From an uncultured Candidatus Micrarchaeota archaeon (GTDB taxonomy: Archaea > Micrarchaeota > Micrarchaeia > Burarchaeales > Fermentimicrarchaeaceae): a DNA stretch of 64,000 nucleotides. The notes under the pieces are model-generated. The model had not been told where the DNA came from. It saw only the letters and a list, made by a program, of their open reading frames with translations, and searched no databases. Position numbers and translations under genes: made by a program. Of the stretch, positions 28,971-39,477 are shown piece by piece. Location of the stretch: NCBI GenBank assembly GCA_963760615.1, contig CAVXDX010000008.1, positions 64,001 through 128,000 on the forward strand, in the 5' to 3' direction. The first letter of the stretch is position 1. Every line of letters starts with the position of its first letter.

Positions 28971-29618
28971 ATGAGGGTGCTCGCTCTTTCTGATCTGCAT
29001 GCTGAAGAGGCAGTTCTTGATTGGTTAGGCAGCTTGCTGAAGAAAGAGAGGTTTGATTTAATTCTCATCTTGGGGGATATAACACAGAGAGGACCGCTCT
29101 CCTACGCAGAGGATTTGCTTGATGCTCTCAATGGTGAGAATGTCCTCGCAATTCACGGGAACATGGATACGCAACACGTTGTTGAGTTACTTGAGAAGAG
29201 GGGCATCTTCTTCCACCTGAAGAAAGTTGAGATGGGGGGGTGGAATTTCATTGGCTTTGGCGGGAGCAACCCAACTCCATTTGGAACTCCGATTGAATAC
29301 TCGGAGGAGCAGATTTACAGCGAGCTCAGCAGGATGAGTATGAATTCGAAAACAATTCTTGTCACTCATTCCCCTCCATACGACTCAGGAGTTGACAGAA
29401 CATCAAAAGGTGTTAGCGCAGGCAGCAGGGCGATAAGGAGGATAATTGAGGAGGAGAAGCCTTTCATGGACATATGCGGACACATCCATGAAGCTGAAGG
29501 GGAGGCAATGATTGGGAGCACAAGAGTCATTAAAGTTCCACCTGCAATGAACGGAAATGCGCTGGAGGTTGAGCTTGGGGATTCTTCTGTAAAGAAGATT
29601 AATCTGAAGGGGATTTAA
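28971..29618 (+). CDS. Calcineurin-like metallophosphoesterase
   Basis: SDLH, GD, HGNMD, THSPP, CGHIHE. Confidence 0.92.
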   Translation: MRVLALSDLHAEEAVLDWLGSLLKKERFDLILILGDITQRGPLSYAEDLLDALNGENVLAIHGNMDTQHVVELLEKRGIFFHLKKVEMGGWNFIGFGGSNPTPFGTPIEYSEEQIYSELSRMSMNSKTILVTHSPPYDSGVDRTSKGVSAGSRAIRRIIEEEKPFMDICGHIHEAEGEAMIGSTRVIKVPPAMNGNALEVELGDSSVKKINLKGI

Positions 29619-29661
29619 AAAAGCATCCTGAGAAGAGTTAATGAGTTGCTGGGGTGGTTGG

Positions 29662-30429
29662 ATGGCGGAGTTTGCTGAAAGGACAAAAACCGGCATGGCT
29701 GGGCTGGATGAGCTGCTGAATGGCGGCATACCAAAGAATGCAGTTGTCCTCATCTCAGGAGGAGCGGGCTCTGGGAAGACAGTGATGGGTCTGCAGTTCC
29801 TTGCGAAAGGCGCTACGGATTACGGCGAGAAGGGCATATATGTAACCTTTGAGGAAAGCCGGGAGGATATAATCAGCCAGGCAGCTCAGTTTGGGTGGGA
29901 TTTGGCAAAGCTGGAGGATGACGGCAAGCTCAAGATAGTTACATTCACTCCTTCAAAACACCACCTATCCTTCGTAAACTTTCAGCTTGATGAGATGATA
30001 AGCACCTTCAAGCCAAGCAGGCTCGTCTACGACTCGATATCAACAATTGGCGTATACGCAGAGATTCTTGCAGATGTTGAGACACTGACAAGCCTGGGCT
30101 TGAAGAAGGAGGACATGGCGATAGAGCTGCGTCCAGACACTGTCACGCGCAGGGCAGTCATGGATATAATGTCCAGGCTCAAATCCTACGAGCTCACCTC
30201 GCTTGTGATATCAGAGTTACCCAAGCAGTCCAACTTCCTCAGCAGGGATACTGTGAGTGAGTTCGTGGCTGATGGCATAATAGTTTTGCATTGCCTTGAG
30301 AGAAAGGAGAAGAAGATAAGGGCTATTGAGGTTCTGAAGATGAGGAGGACAAAACACTCAATGGATCTGATACCGATGCTCATGGGGGATAATGGAATAG
30401 AAGTCCTCACAGAAGAGAAGGTCTACTGA
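29662..30429 (+). CDS. KaiC/RAD55-family ATPase
   Basis: TGMAGLDELLNGG, GGAGSGKT, YDSIS, EFVADGII, KMRRTKH. Confidence 0.92.
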   Translation: MAEFAERTKTGMAGLDELLNGGIPKNAVVLISGGAGSGKTVMGLQFLAKGATDYGEKGIYVTFEESREDIISQAAQFGWDLAKLEDDGKLKIVTFTPSKHHLSFVNFQLDEMISTFKPSRLVYDSISTIGVYAEILADVETLTSLGLKKEDMAIELRPDTVTRRAVMDIMSRLKSYELTSLVISELPKQSNFLSRDTVSEFVADGIIVLHCLERKEKKIRAIEVLKMRRTKHSMDLIPMLMGDNGIEVLTEEKVY

Positions 30430-31638
30430 TCACTTCAGTATGCCGAAGCCGCAGAGCCTCCATCTCTGGCCTATTTTTCTGCTTATAGCTATTTTGGTTT
30501 TGCTCTCGGCGCAGACTGGCCTTCTAAGAGTGACGCTCATGACATTCTTCTTAATTTTTTGCACAAAACCTATGGAGGTGGATGTGCCAATGCCGAGCAC
30601 AAGGGGCTCATTCATCTTGAATGGCGGGTTCTCCATATCCGGCCTCTTGAGTAGATTGAACTCCATCTCAAAAACATCAGTAGTCTCAGGGAGCATCCCC
30701 GTCTTCCCAAGCATGTTGCCGACAAGGGTATCGGCCTTTGTGAGGGAGGGATCCAGGCTTGTCCCGACTGCTATGAGGCCTCCGGGAACTGCGCTCTCCA
30801 GCCTCTCCTTCCCCGCGCTGAGGGCCACAATCTTCGTGGTTATTGAGTGGTACTTCTCCTTCCCTTTCTCACCCCTCAGTGTCCCGGGCCTCATCTCTAT
30901 TTCATCACCCACCTTAAGCTCTCCCTGGATTAGCGAGCCGCCAACGACTCCTCCAACGAGCTTCTCAATATGCGTGCCTGGCTTGTTCACATCGAAAGAG
31001 CGCGCCACATACATTCTAGGTGATGCGCTCAAATTTCTCTCAGGAGTGGGAATGTGTCCCTGTATCTCTGCAATGAGAACATCCAGGTTGAGGCAGTAGT
31101 TGGCAACAAAGGGAATAATGGGGGCCTTCTCTGCCATAGTTCCTTTGACGAAGTTCTTTATCTGCTCGTAATTGGCTTTTGCTTTTGCCTTGTCGACCAA
31201 ATCCACCTTGTTCTGCACTATGACAATGTTCTTCACTCCAAGGATGTCAAGAATCATGAGGTGCTCCAGCGTCTGGGGCTGGGGGCACTGCTCGTTCGCA
31301 GCTATGACGAGTATGGCTCCGTCTATTATGCTTGACGCTGCAATTGCGGTTGCCATGAGCGTTTCATGGCCCGGCGCATCAAGAAAGGACACTCTTCTGA
31401 TGATATCACTTGCAGCACCACATTTAGGACATTTCTCCTCAACTGTGAACGCCTCAGGCTCAGGGCATCTGGGGCATTTCCTGAAAACAGCATCGGCATA
31501 GCCCAGCTTTATAGTGATGCCCCTCTTCTTCTCCTCGCTGTGGACAAGTGTCCAAACGCCAGTAAGGCATTTAACAACGGATGTCTTGCCATGCTCCACA
31601 TGACCGAGAAGACCTATGTTGACCTCAGCCTGACCCAA
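30430..31638 (-). CDS. eif2g: Translation initiation factor aIF2 gamma
   Basis: RGITIKLGY, zinc knuckle, DAPGHE, QNKVD; P-loop reads GHVEHGKTS. Confidence 0.95.
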   Translation of the reverse strand: MGQAEVNIGLLGHVEHGKTSVVKCLTGVWTLVHSEEKKRGITIKLGYADAVFRKCPRCPEPEAFTVEEKCPKCGAASDIIRRVSFLDAPGHETLMATAIAASSIIDGAILVIAANEQCPQPQTLEHLMILDILGVKNIVIVQNKVDLVDKAKAKANYEQIKNFVKGTMAEKAPIIPFVANYCLNLDVLIAEIQGHIPTPERNLSASPRMYVARSFDVNKPGTHIEKLVGGVVGGSLIQGELKVGDEIEMRPGTLRGEKGKEKYHSITTKIVALSAGKERLESAVPGGLIAVGTSLDPSLTKADTLVGNMLGKTGMLPETTDVFEMEFNLLKRPDMENPPFKMNEPLVLGIGTSTSIGFVQKIKKNVMSVTLRRPVCAESKTKIAISRKIGQRWRLCGFGILK

Positions 31639-31649
31639 TCAACCACCGC

Positions 31650-32042
31650 TCACTTCTTCTCTTCCTTTGGCTTCGGGGGGAATAGCTCCTCAAGTTTCTT
31701 CTCGCCAGCTTCTGTCACCTTGGTGTTAATTTGAACCGTCTCGTCTGTGATGAGGTTTCCCCTCAAGCTCTTCTTCCTTCTTTCCCCTTTTCTCTTCGCC
31801 CTGAAGCCCACTCCGCCAGAAAGAAGCAGCCTAGCCTTCCTTCCTCCCCTCAAATCCTTCCTCATTGGAAAGCCATCCTTGTCACTACCTCCGGTTATCT
31901 GGAGCTTGTAGCCGCCTGCGCCGACAGCACCGCCGTCAAGAGCATCTCCAAGCTTCAAGCCCACAAGAGCAGCCTCCTTATCCTTGGCTATATCTGTCTG
32001 GTAGCTTCTTCCTGTTTTTGGGTCTGATATTACAACTTTCAT
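31650..32042 (-). CDS. rps6e: Ribosomal protein S6e
   Basis: ITGGSDKDGFPMR, GERRKKSLRGN; directly upstream of eif2g. Confidence 0.96.
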   Translation of the reverse strand: MKVVISDPKTGRSYQTDIAKDKEAALVGLKLGDALDGGAVGAGGYKLQITGGSDKDGFPMRKDLRGGRKARLLLSGGVGFRAKRKGERRKKSLRGNLITDETVQINTKVTEAGEKKLEELFPPKPKEEKK

Positions 32043-32191
32043 CGTATCTCCTCCCTAAAAGTTGGAATAAGAATATCGTTATTAAGCTTTATAATTATGT
32101 CGTACTCGATGCCCTATTAAACAGAAAATCCATTTTAAGTTTTTCCATAAGCCATTTCAGTTTGGACATCAGTTTTAATTTATAAAATTGT

Positions 32192-33439
32192 TCACTGCTT
32201 TTTCTTTTCGCCGATTTCTTCTAATTTCTTTAAACCCCCATGTTCCACAAAGTAATCCAGTATTTCGTCCAGCCTGTGCTGGGCATGGGGTGAGAAGCCT
32301 ACGTGCTTCGTATGAATAATATTAATTTCTTCTTTGGTTATTTTTCCCTCCTTCTCTACCCTCTCGCCTATTTCCTTGAATGCCTCTCGCTGATTCTCAT
32401 GGAACGGCACAGTCTTATGCCCTCCCCCCATGCCCCTTAGAACTTTCTTCTGTATTAGAACTTCAAAAACATCTTTGTTTGCGAAAGTAAATGGTTCATT
32501 TTGGATGACAGGGGTTTTGAGTTGACGGAGCGAAGATTCCAAACTCTCTGTTGAGGTAAGACCTTCCAGAACTACACCTTGGTTCTTTAAAAGTCCTATC
32601 CTTCTGACAAGTGAGTCAACACTGAATCTGCTCACAAGTTTCTCTATCTCTACCCTTGGTACTTTTGACATCTGTTCGCTTAGCATTGTGACTAAAGCTT
32701 CTTTTTGCGATAAGCCTAGGGTTTCTATATCCAGCTCAGTAAGTTTCTCCAGCTCTCTTCCTTGCAAGTCTCTACCATCTCTCACAACCCTCTCAATGAT
32801 ATTCAGGTTCGTCTTGTTCACTAGCTTTACCACGGATTCATGTGACACATTTCGCATTTTTTCCTCCACTTTCTTTATTATAGCTTCTTCATAATCCAGA
32901 AGCTCATTGAATTTTTTTGGTTCTTCTCCCAAGCGGTGTAGCCGGGCATACTCCTTCACATCTCTGCCCCGGTCTTTCAGAGATTGGACATTTGTTTTTA
33001 TATAATCTTGGTTTGCTGTTAGGAGTTGGTTTAAGACACCTTTTTTACTATCTTTAATGCTTTTCATGATTCCATTTTCTTCGAGAGTTTTTATGCCTCT
33101 CTCCAGCTTAGCTGTTGATTCTGGTAAAAACCATGTTGATGGTGATATCTCATGCTCTTCTAAAATTCGTAAACGTTGGGAAATCGCATCATGTGATACG
33201 TAACTCAGAATATGACTTATGCTTTTGAAGGATGCTTTTGGCATCCATTCCTTCAGGAGCACCACAACCTCTTTTTTATCCTGCGGGTAACGGAATGCTG
33301 TCTCCTTTGCCTTGCCTGGCTGCCTCTCGAACTCCTCTGGGAACTCTTTCACAAGGAACTTTGCAAACTTCTCATTTGTTACCAGTGGCAGCTTTTTCCC
33401 CTCTTCCTCGGCTGGTTTTTCAATACGTTTTTCAGGCAT
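32192..33439 (-). CDS. Orphan helical-repeat protein (mTERF-like), paralog of 40727..41737
   Basis: Repeated L-x-x-(R/N)-x-x-x-L-x-x-x-G units; aligns by eye with 40727..41737. Confidence 0.7.
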   Translation of the reverse strand: MPEKRIEKPAEEEGKKLPLVTNEKFAKFLVKEFPEEFERQPGKAKETAFRYPQDKKEVVVLLKEWMPKASFKSISHILSYVSHDAISQRLRILEEHEISPSTWFLPESTAKLERGIKTLEENGIMKSIKDSKKGVLNQLLTANQDYIKTNVQSLKDRGRDVKEYARLHRLGEEPKKFNELLDYEEAIIKKVEEKMRNVSHESVVKLVNKTNLNIIERVVRDGRDLQGRELEKLTELDIETLGLSQKEALVTMLSEQMSKVPRVEIEKLVSRFSVDSLVRRIGLLKNQGVVLEGLTSTESLESSLRQLKTPVIQNEPFTFANKDVFEVLIQKKVLRGMGGGHKTVPFHENQREAFKEIGERVEKEGKITKEEINIIHTKHVGFSPHAQHRLDEILDYFVEHGGLKKLEEIGEKKKQ

Positions 33440-33555
33440 GCTGAAATTATGGATTTTCTTATTTAAATAGAGCGCGGAAACTGCACAAGCTTTTTCAAGT
33501 TGTTACGTCATTAGATTGCATTAACAGAAGACGCGTGAAAAAAGCTGAAAACATA

Positions 33556-35334
33556 TTAATCTTGCGTGGATGCAACAAAGGTATCTCCGAGGATGCCCCG
33601 TATTTTTCCAAGCAGCTCAATTTCCTTGTCATTAAGGAACTCCCTGTACCTGCTGAGAAGCATCTTGGCATGAGTCCTCGGGACATTCGTGTAAAGAACA
33701 TCTCCCTCATTCACCTGCCTCCCGAAGGTTGGCTCATCCATTGAAATGGCAACCTGCATGCCCTCCTTGGCCTCAGCTATGCTCTCATTTTCGCTCTGGA
33801 TTGCCTTTACCCTTCCCACAGAAACGCCTTTCTCATTTATCAGCTCGTATTCAGATTTTATCCTTCCGGCTTGGATGTCCACCCCGAATATTGCGGGGTG
33901 GGATGTATGGAAGCAGCAGCCCGCCATCACCTTGAGCTTTGCAGGCAGGACAAGTGATGAGAATGCCTGGGTGCGCTCCTGCTCCTTCTCTGCTTCAGCC
34001 CATTTCTTGTAGTTGTCAAGCAATGCATAGATTATACCCTCGCGCATTATTGTAATCCCGGCCCTCCTCGACTCCTCCTCAGCATCCTCAAGAACGTCAA
34101 CATTGAATGAGAGTATCACCCCGTAATACCTGTTCTGGTTTCTTATTCCGGATGCGTCAACCACATCCTTCTTCACAACCGCCCCTATGCCCGCCTTGCT
34201 CACGGGCACCTTCTCATCTTTGAGAAGCTTTATTATTGCTTCCAGGGAGCCCAGGGTATCTGCCTTCAGTATCACTCCCTCGTCACCTTTCTCAATGAGA
34301 ACCTCCTTGATTTCCTTGTCTATTTCCGCAATGAGCTTCTTCTCATCCGCCTTTCCCGCGACGAATATTGGCGAGCCAGCAATTGCATCCTCCAAGCCCG
34401 GTGCTGCTATTTTCACCCCTGCGGCTGCGTGTACCTCATCCACATTGAGGAATTTTTCTCGTGGATCCCTCATCTCGTCAAGCGGCTTTGGCCTTAGAAG
34501 TGCCCTCACCTTAGTAGTCTTCGCACCGTTTACAGTCCCAAAAACTATGGTGTCGCCCCTCTTTATCACTCCGTTGTAGAATATGGCGTCAACAGTCTTG
34601 CCGAGTCCTGTCTCATCCTTCACCTCAAGTATGCTTCCTCTCCCCTCACCTTTCACCTTAAGATGCAGCCTGTCCTTCAGGAACCTCTGGGACAAGCCCG
34701 CTATGAACATGAGCAGCTCATTCACTCCTTCGCCAGTCTTTGCGCTTAGGGGTATTATTGCAATCTGCTTTGTGAAGTCGGATATTCTGTCAAACCTCTC
34801 CGACTGGAAGCCGAGCTCGCTCAACCTGCCCACGAAGTTGTACAGCCTCTTCTCAAGCTCCTGCTGCACCTCTTGGGATTGCATGTTGAATGACTCTAGA
34901 AATGTCAAATCGGGGTGGGAAGCCCATCCTTCAACAAGGTCTATCTTGTTCATTGCGATTACGAAAGGAGTTTTGTAGTCCTTCAGAATCTCAATAGTCT
35001 CAAGAGTCTGCGGCTCGAACCCTTTTGTTATATCCAGCACAAGCACAGCCATGTCTGAGATGCTGCCTCCTCTTTCCCTCAGGTTTGTGAATGCCTCGTG
35101 GCCAGGCGTGTCTATGAAGAGCAGGCCGGGTATCTCCAGCTTGGTCTGCATGAGGCTCATCATTGTGCTGCATGCTTTGGTTATAACCTCTATTGGAACC
35201 TCGCTTGCGCCTATGTGCTGCGTTATGCCTCCTTTCTCTCTCTTTGCAACAGATGTCTTCCTTATCCTATCTAGAAGGGAGGTCTTCCCGTGGTCTACAT
35301 GACCCATCACTACGACGATAGGCTGCCTTATCAT
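33556..35334 (-). CDS. infB: Translation initiation factor aIF5B (IF-2)
   Basis: GHVDHGKTS, GGITQHIGA, DTPGHE, NKID, KADTLGSLEA; ATG 35334. Confidence 0.97.
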   Translation of the reverse strand: MIRQPIVVVMGHVDHGKTSLLDRIRKTSVAKREKGGITQHIGASEVPIEVITKACSTMMSLMQTKLEIPGLLFIDTPGHEAFTNLRERGGSISDMAVLVLDITKGFEPQTLETIEILKDYKTPFVIAMNKIDLVEGWASHPDLTFLESFNMQSQEVQQELEKRLYNFVGRLSELGFQSERFDRISDFTKQIAIIPLSAKTGEGVNELLMFIAGLSQRFLKDRLHLKVKGEGRGSILEVKDETGLGKTVDAIFYNGVIKRGDTIVFGTVNGAKTTKVRALLRPKPLDEMRDPREKFLNVDEVHAAAGVKIAAPGLEDAIAGSPIFVAGKADEKKLIAEIDKEIKEVLIEKGDEGVILKADTLGSLEAIIKLLKDEKVPVSKAGIGAVVKKDVVDASGIRNQNRYYGVILSFNVDVLEDAEEESRRAGITIMREGIIYALLDNYKKWAEAEKEQERTQAFSSLVLPAKLKVMAGCCFHTSHPAIFGVDIQAGRIKSEYELINEKGVSVGRVKAIQSENESIAEAKEGMQVAISMDEPTFGRQVNEGDVLYTNVPRTHAKMLLSRYREFLNDKEIELLGKIRGILGDTFVASTQD

Positions 35335-35476
35335 GTCAAACACCAGAACAAGCCTCAGTCAGGTGAATTCCACATCTTATTATGCTGAGTAAGGTATATA
35401 ACGCTTTTTCTTGCATTTGCAGTTGTGCGATATTTAAATAGGATAAAGACGTAATTACTTGTAAAGGGGTTATGCA

Positions 35477-36076
35477 ATGGAGAGTATTGCTGGCGGGCGT
35501 GATGCATGGGGTATGAAGCCATTTGTGATATCTGATGGAAGGGCGCACTGCGAGGATGAGACGGGGCGTATTGAGCTGGAGCCCATAAAAGGCGATATTG
35601 TAGTCAGCAGAATGTCCAAGGTTGATAGGAGAATAGCCGTTGCGACGCACCTTACGTTAACGGAAGGTGAGAAAGCAGACAATGTAGTAATCAATGTTGA
35701 AGTAGATGGCAGGCAATTCGAAGTAAAACGCATAAAAGTTGAAGTTGACCCGAGAGATATTGTAAGATTCACCGGACCTTTTACCTGCAAGGTACCGGAA
35801 AATGAGCTTGGAGATGGGTTGAAAAAACTTGATGTTACATTGGAAGGGGCTCTTGATGATAGTGGAAAAAGGCTGAAAACGATTTATTTTAAGGAGATTG
35901 TTGTGCTCTACGCTGGTAGATCCAATTTGCAAGTAATACTCAAAGAACCTGCGCTGAAAAAAATGGATATAGATGTAGGGGATTATGAGAAACAGCTTAG
36001 TAAATGCCTTGAGTCTCTCACAAATTTGGAGGAGATGAGGCGCAGTTCTGCGTTCAGAGAAAGGGCAAGAAGCTAG
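35477..36076 (+). CDS. Orphan protein
   Basis: 199-aa ORF behind TTTAAATA...ACGTAATT. Confidence 0.7.
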   Translation: MESIAGGRDAWGMKPFVISDGRAHCEDETGRIELEPIKGDIVVSRMSKVDRRIAVATHLTLTEGEKADNVVINVEVDGRQFEVKRIKVEVDPRDIVRFTGPFTCKVPENELGDGLKKLDVTLEGALDDSGKRLKTIYFKEIVVLYAGRSNLQVILKEPALKKMDIDVGDYEKQLSKCLESLTNLEEMRRSSAFRERARS

Positions 36077-36090
36077 TTGTTATAAGAAGC

Positions 36091-36807
36091 CTAACTGCCA
36101 GGTATGCTTCCCTTCATTACCTCCCTCAGCTTGTGGGACTCTTCCTTCGGATTTGCCGCGTCAAGGATGCTCCTTCCAACAATTGCGAAGTTTGCCCCCG
36201 CTTTGAATGCCTTCTCAGCATCACCCCCCTGGGCTCCTATACCCGGGGACAGAATCAGAATTTCGTTTCCTACCAATTTCCTTATAGTGGAGAGCAGCTC
36301 ATATTGGTTGCCTGGGGCTATAACTCCCGCAACGTCAAGCTTCTTTGCCATTGCGGCAATCTCCTCAACAACATCGTTCTTGAACATGTGGCCGGGGCTG
36401 CTCATTGCAGCAAGCAGGAAAACGCCTTTCTTCATTTTATTTGCTGTGCTAACAACTGCCTCCACAGCTTTTTCGCCCTGGAAGCCGTGGCATATTATGG
36501 CGTCATATCCCTTTGTGAAGTAGTATTCCGCCTTCATGGCATTGCTCTTGTCTATATCCGCAATTTTTGCGTCAAGTATCACCGGAACTCCATCTCCGAC
36601 TCTTTTTAGGGTTAGGATTGCACTCTCGTGGGAGAAACCCCATATGTCAGCGTGCTCTGGTTGCACCTTCACTGCCGCTAAGTTCTTTGCCGATTCTGAA
36701 AGTACTCTCTGGGCCTTCTTCCAGTCAGCCGTGTCCAGCGCCAGTATAAGGGTTGAGTCCCTCGCCATTGCGTTCTGCAGAAATGCCTTCCGGTATTCAT
36801 TTTGCAT
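36091..36807 (-). CDS. pyrF: Orotidine 5'-phosphate decarboxylase
   Basis: LILALD, ILDAKIADI (DxKxxD), SPGIGAQGG, IVGRSI. Confidence 0.92.
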   Translation of the reverse strand: MQNEYRKAFLQNAMARDSTLILALDTADWKKAQRVLSESAKNLAAVKVQPEHADIWGFSHESAILTLKRVGDGVPVILDAKIADIDKSNAMKAEYYFTKGYDAIICHGFQGEKAVEAVVSTANKMKKGVFLLAAMSSPGHMFKNDVVEEIAAMAKKLDVAGVIAPGNQYELLSTIRKLVGNEILILSPGIGAQGGDAEKAFKAGANFAIVGRSILDAANPKEESHKLREVMKGSIPGS

Positions 36808-36876
36808 AAAAAACCTCCTTATAGGGTTTGGGGGGGTGAGTAATAAATAACTTTTGCACGTTCGCGTGCCTTGCTC

Positions 36877-37485
36877 CTACACAGTGAAGTATTCACTGAA
36901 TTTCTTCGTTGTCTTCAGCACCTTCGTCCTACCCTTCTTCTCTGCAGTGATGAACTGTGTTTCAACAAGCTCCTTTACATAGTCGTAGACGGATGAGCCG
37001 ATCATCTTCGCAAGCTTTGACTGCGCCATTCCATCATTCTTTGCTATCACCGCAAGCGTCTTTATTGCACCTCTTGAAAGCTCCGCCTCCTTTGCCAAGC
37101 CGGACACTTTCCTCTCATACTCGGGCTTCAGCCTCATTATGTATCCTCCTTCCTCGAAAGATATCACAATGGCACTGCCTCTCTGCTCATACTCATTCTG
37201 CAGCTCCTTGAGCTTATCCTGCACAAGCTTCCAGGAGTTAAGACCGGAGATTTTGGAAAGTGTCCTCACAGTCATGGGAGAGGTGCTCATGAAAAGCGCA
37301 GCCTCGATAATGCTCTTTGCCTCAAGCATTTCCGGGGGAGCCTGCTCAGGGGGCTTCTGCTCCAGCTCCTCCTCTATAACTTCGTCAAGCTTCTCCCCTT
37401 CCTGCTTCTCCTTAGACTCTTCAACCTCCTCAGCTTCCTTCTCTATTTCCGAGATTTCCGTCTCTTCTGGTTTCTGCTCGTCCAT
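36877..37485 (-). CDS. scpB: SMC-ScpAB subunit ScpB
   Basis: IEAALFM, LSRGAIKTLAVIA, TTKKFSEYF. Confidence 0.9.
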   Translation of the reverse strand: MDEQKPEETEISEIEKEAEEVEESKEKQEGEKLDEVIEEELEQKPPEQAPPEMLEAKSIIEAALFMSTSPMTVRTLSKISGLNSWKLVQDKLKELQNEYEQRGSAIVISFEEGGYIMRLKPEYERKVSGLAKEAELSRGAIKTLAVIAKNDGMAQSKLAKMIGSSVYDYVKELVETQFITAEKKGRTKVLKTTKKFSEYFTV

Positions 37486-37570
37486 GCTTGAATTCTTATC
37501 CTCTAAGAATATTAACCTTTACTGTATTGGTTCCGATGCTGGTTTTAAATATTGAGAATGAGCAATTTAT

Positions 37571-38008
37571 GTGGTGATGTTTACGCCAGTAAAGGAGAAA
37601 AAGCCAGAACAAGCGGACGAAGTGATGAAAGGAAAGACCGAAAAAGTTGGAGAAGTAATGAAGGGAAAGCCCGAAAAGGTCGGAGAAGTGATGAAGAAGG
37701 AAAAGCCTCACTTTGCAGAAGCTATGAAGCGAATACGGGAGGAGGAGAAAGGAAAAGAAGCTGCACCAAAAACATTTTCTGAAGTCATGAAGAGAAGACT
37801 GGAAGAAGAGTCGGCCATATCTAAAAGGAGGCAGAAAAGAGAGAGTGAAGAAAGACTAATAGCGCAGGAAAGGGAGAGGAAGCGCAGGGAAGTTCCGGAA
37901 GATGATAGGCATGACGGGGCTAGGAGAAGACAGGAACGTGAGAAGGAAGCAGACCGTATAGAGCGAGAAAGAGCAATCAGGCGCGGGAAACGTGAAACTG
38001 AAGTTTGA
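37571..38008 (+). CDS. Orphan charged coiled-coil protein with EVMK repeats
   Basis: 33-bp tandem units at 37619..37696; inserted antisense between scpA and scpB. Confidence 0.7.
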   Translation: MVMFTPVKEKKPEQADEVMKGKTEKVGEVMKGKPEKVGEVMKKEKPHFAEAMKRIREEEKGKEAAPKTFSEVMKRRLEEESAISKRRQKRESEERLIAQERERKRREVPEDDRHDGARRRQEREKEADRIERERAIRRGKRETEV

Positions 38009-38009
38009 G

Positions 38010-38044
38010 CAGGAGACTAGAAGGAACCAAAGGGGTTTCTCTTG
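38010..38044 (+). other. Conserved 3' stem-loop, copy 1
   Basis: CAGGAGA-CTAGAAGG-AACC-loop-GGTT-TCTCTTG immediately after the stop codon. Confidence 0.5.
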
Positions 38045-38090
38045 GGCAATCCTGAGTCATCTAGGGCTTCTTTAGGCAAATCGGCATCAG

Positions 38091-38807
38091 CTAGGCTTCT
38101 GTTTTCTTCACATCCTCTTTTGTGGGCAGCTGTATGAATATCTCTCCAAAGAACTTCTCCTGAAAAACAGACAGCTTCCCGTCCTGGGCAAGATGCAGCA
38201 CGGGCAGGAGGGTGTATATAATCTCCTTCCTGCTCCTCTCCTTCAGCAAGGATGAAAATGTCACCAATCCTTTGGAGTCGGAGCATTTCTCCACCCTCTC
38301 GTAAATCTCCTTCATCCTCTGCGTTATGTCGTACTGGGGGATGTCTATCACCATCTTTTCCTTTATCACAGGCTTCTCCTGCTTCCTCCTCTGCTCCTCA
38401 AAGACTTCCTCCAAGGCTCCCATTAGCTCGTTCAACGTAACCTTCCTCTTCCTCGGTATCCTTGTCCTCAGTGAAAGCATCGGTATCTCAACAGGCGCCT
38501 GCGCCTCGTCAATAAACGTCTGCTGCTCCACAACCTGCTCCTCCTCCTCAAATCGCAGGGCGTCGCTCTTGAAGCGCAGCAGTATCGAAGCGGCAAGGAT
38601 GAGGTTTGCCGGCACCCGCAAGTCGAGCTTCTGGAGCTTCCTGACCCTCTCGAGGTATTTGCTCGTTATATCCACAAGGTCAATATTCCAGGGGTCCAGC
38701 TTCTCGCTCACCACAAGGTCGAACAGCATCTCTCTCCAGGTGGGCTGCGCGACAAGCTTCTCCAAATCCACCTTTGCCTCTTTCTCCTCTGGTTTTTGCT
38801 CTTCCAT
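38091..38807 (-). CDS. scpA: SMC-ScpAB kleisin ScpA
   Basis: LDPWNIDLVDIT, ASILLRFKS, LLPVLHLAQDGKL. Confidence 0.9.
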   Translation of the reverse strand: MEEQKPEEKEAKVDLEKLVAQPTWREMLFDLVVSEKLDPWNIDLVDITSKYLERVRKLQKLDLRVPANLILAASILLRFKSDALRFEEEEQVVEQQTFIDEAQAPVEIPMLSLRTRIPRKRKVTLNELMGALEEVFEEQRRKQEKPVIKEKMVIDIPQYDITQRMKEIYERVEKCSDSKGLVTFSSLLKERSRKEIIYTLLPVLHLAQDGKLSVFQEKFFGEIFIQLPTKEDVKKTEA

Positions 38808-38874
38808 ACGAGGATTTTTTCACTCTGCACATTTATTAATGTAAGGTTTAAATACAGAAAATGAGCAAATTTAG

Positions 38875-39447
38875 ATGGTGGTGTTTATGGAAAAAGTTAA
38901 AGTTGATGGCAAAAGCACCATGAAGCTTGTAGAATTCGACACTATCAAGGTTGCAAGAGAAAAGGTGCCCAGCCAAGTGCTTGATGTTACGATGGAAAAG
39001 AAGGGTGAGATAGTCAGGAGAGGCAAGCTTTTTTTTGATATCCCTTCTCGAACTGACAAGCTGCGCCTTGACCTTGATATAGGATCTGGATGGGAATCTA
39101 ACCTGACTATACTTTTCAATGCAAAACTCGAGAAGGGAGTGGATACGCCACAGAAATCACCGCCTACCCTTTTAGAAGTTAAAATTGCAAGCCAGATGCC
39201 TACGCTGAGTATGGCTAGAAAACTTTTGGAGGAAGAACCAACGAATGCGCCTAAGGTCCCTGTTGTGAAGCTGGAATTGGTGAATATAGCCGGCGTTGGA
39301 ACACACTCCAAATACTTTGACCTTGAAATTGGGAAAATAAAAACAAAGCTCGAGGACGCCATGAATAATACTCCGGAAGGGCGGGAACTGGTAATGACAT
39401 TTGAATCTAGGCGTTCCGAGCTAAAACGAGCTGGAATACTGCACTAA
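38875..39447 (+). CDS. Orphan protein
   Basis: 190-aa ORF with the same promoter motif as 37571. Confidence 0.7.
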   Translation: MVVFMEKVKVDGKSTMKLVEFDTIKVAREKVPSQVLDVTMEKKGEIVRRGKLFFDIPSRTDKLRLDLDIGSGWESNLTILFNAKLEKGVDTPQKSPPTLLEVKIASQMPTLSMARKLLEEEPTNAPKVPVVKLELVNIAGVGTHSKYFDLEIGKIKTKLEDAMNNTPEGRELVMTFESRRSELKRAGILH

Positions 39448-39477
39448 ACATTTATTTTTAATTCTAGTTCTAACGTG

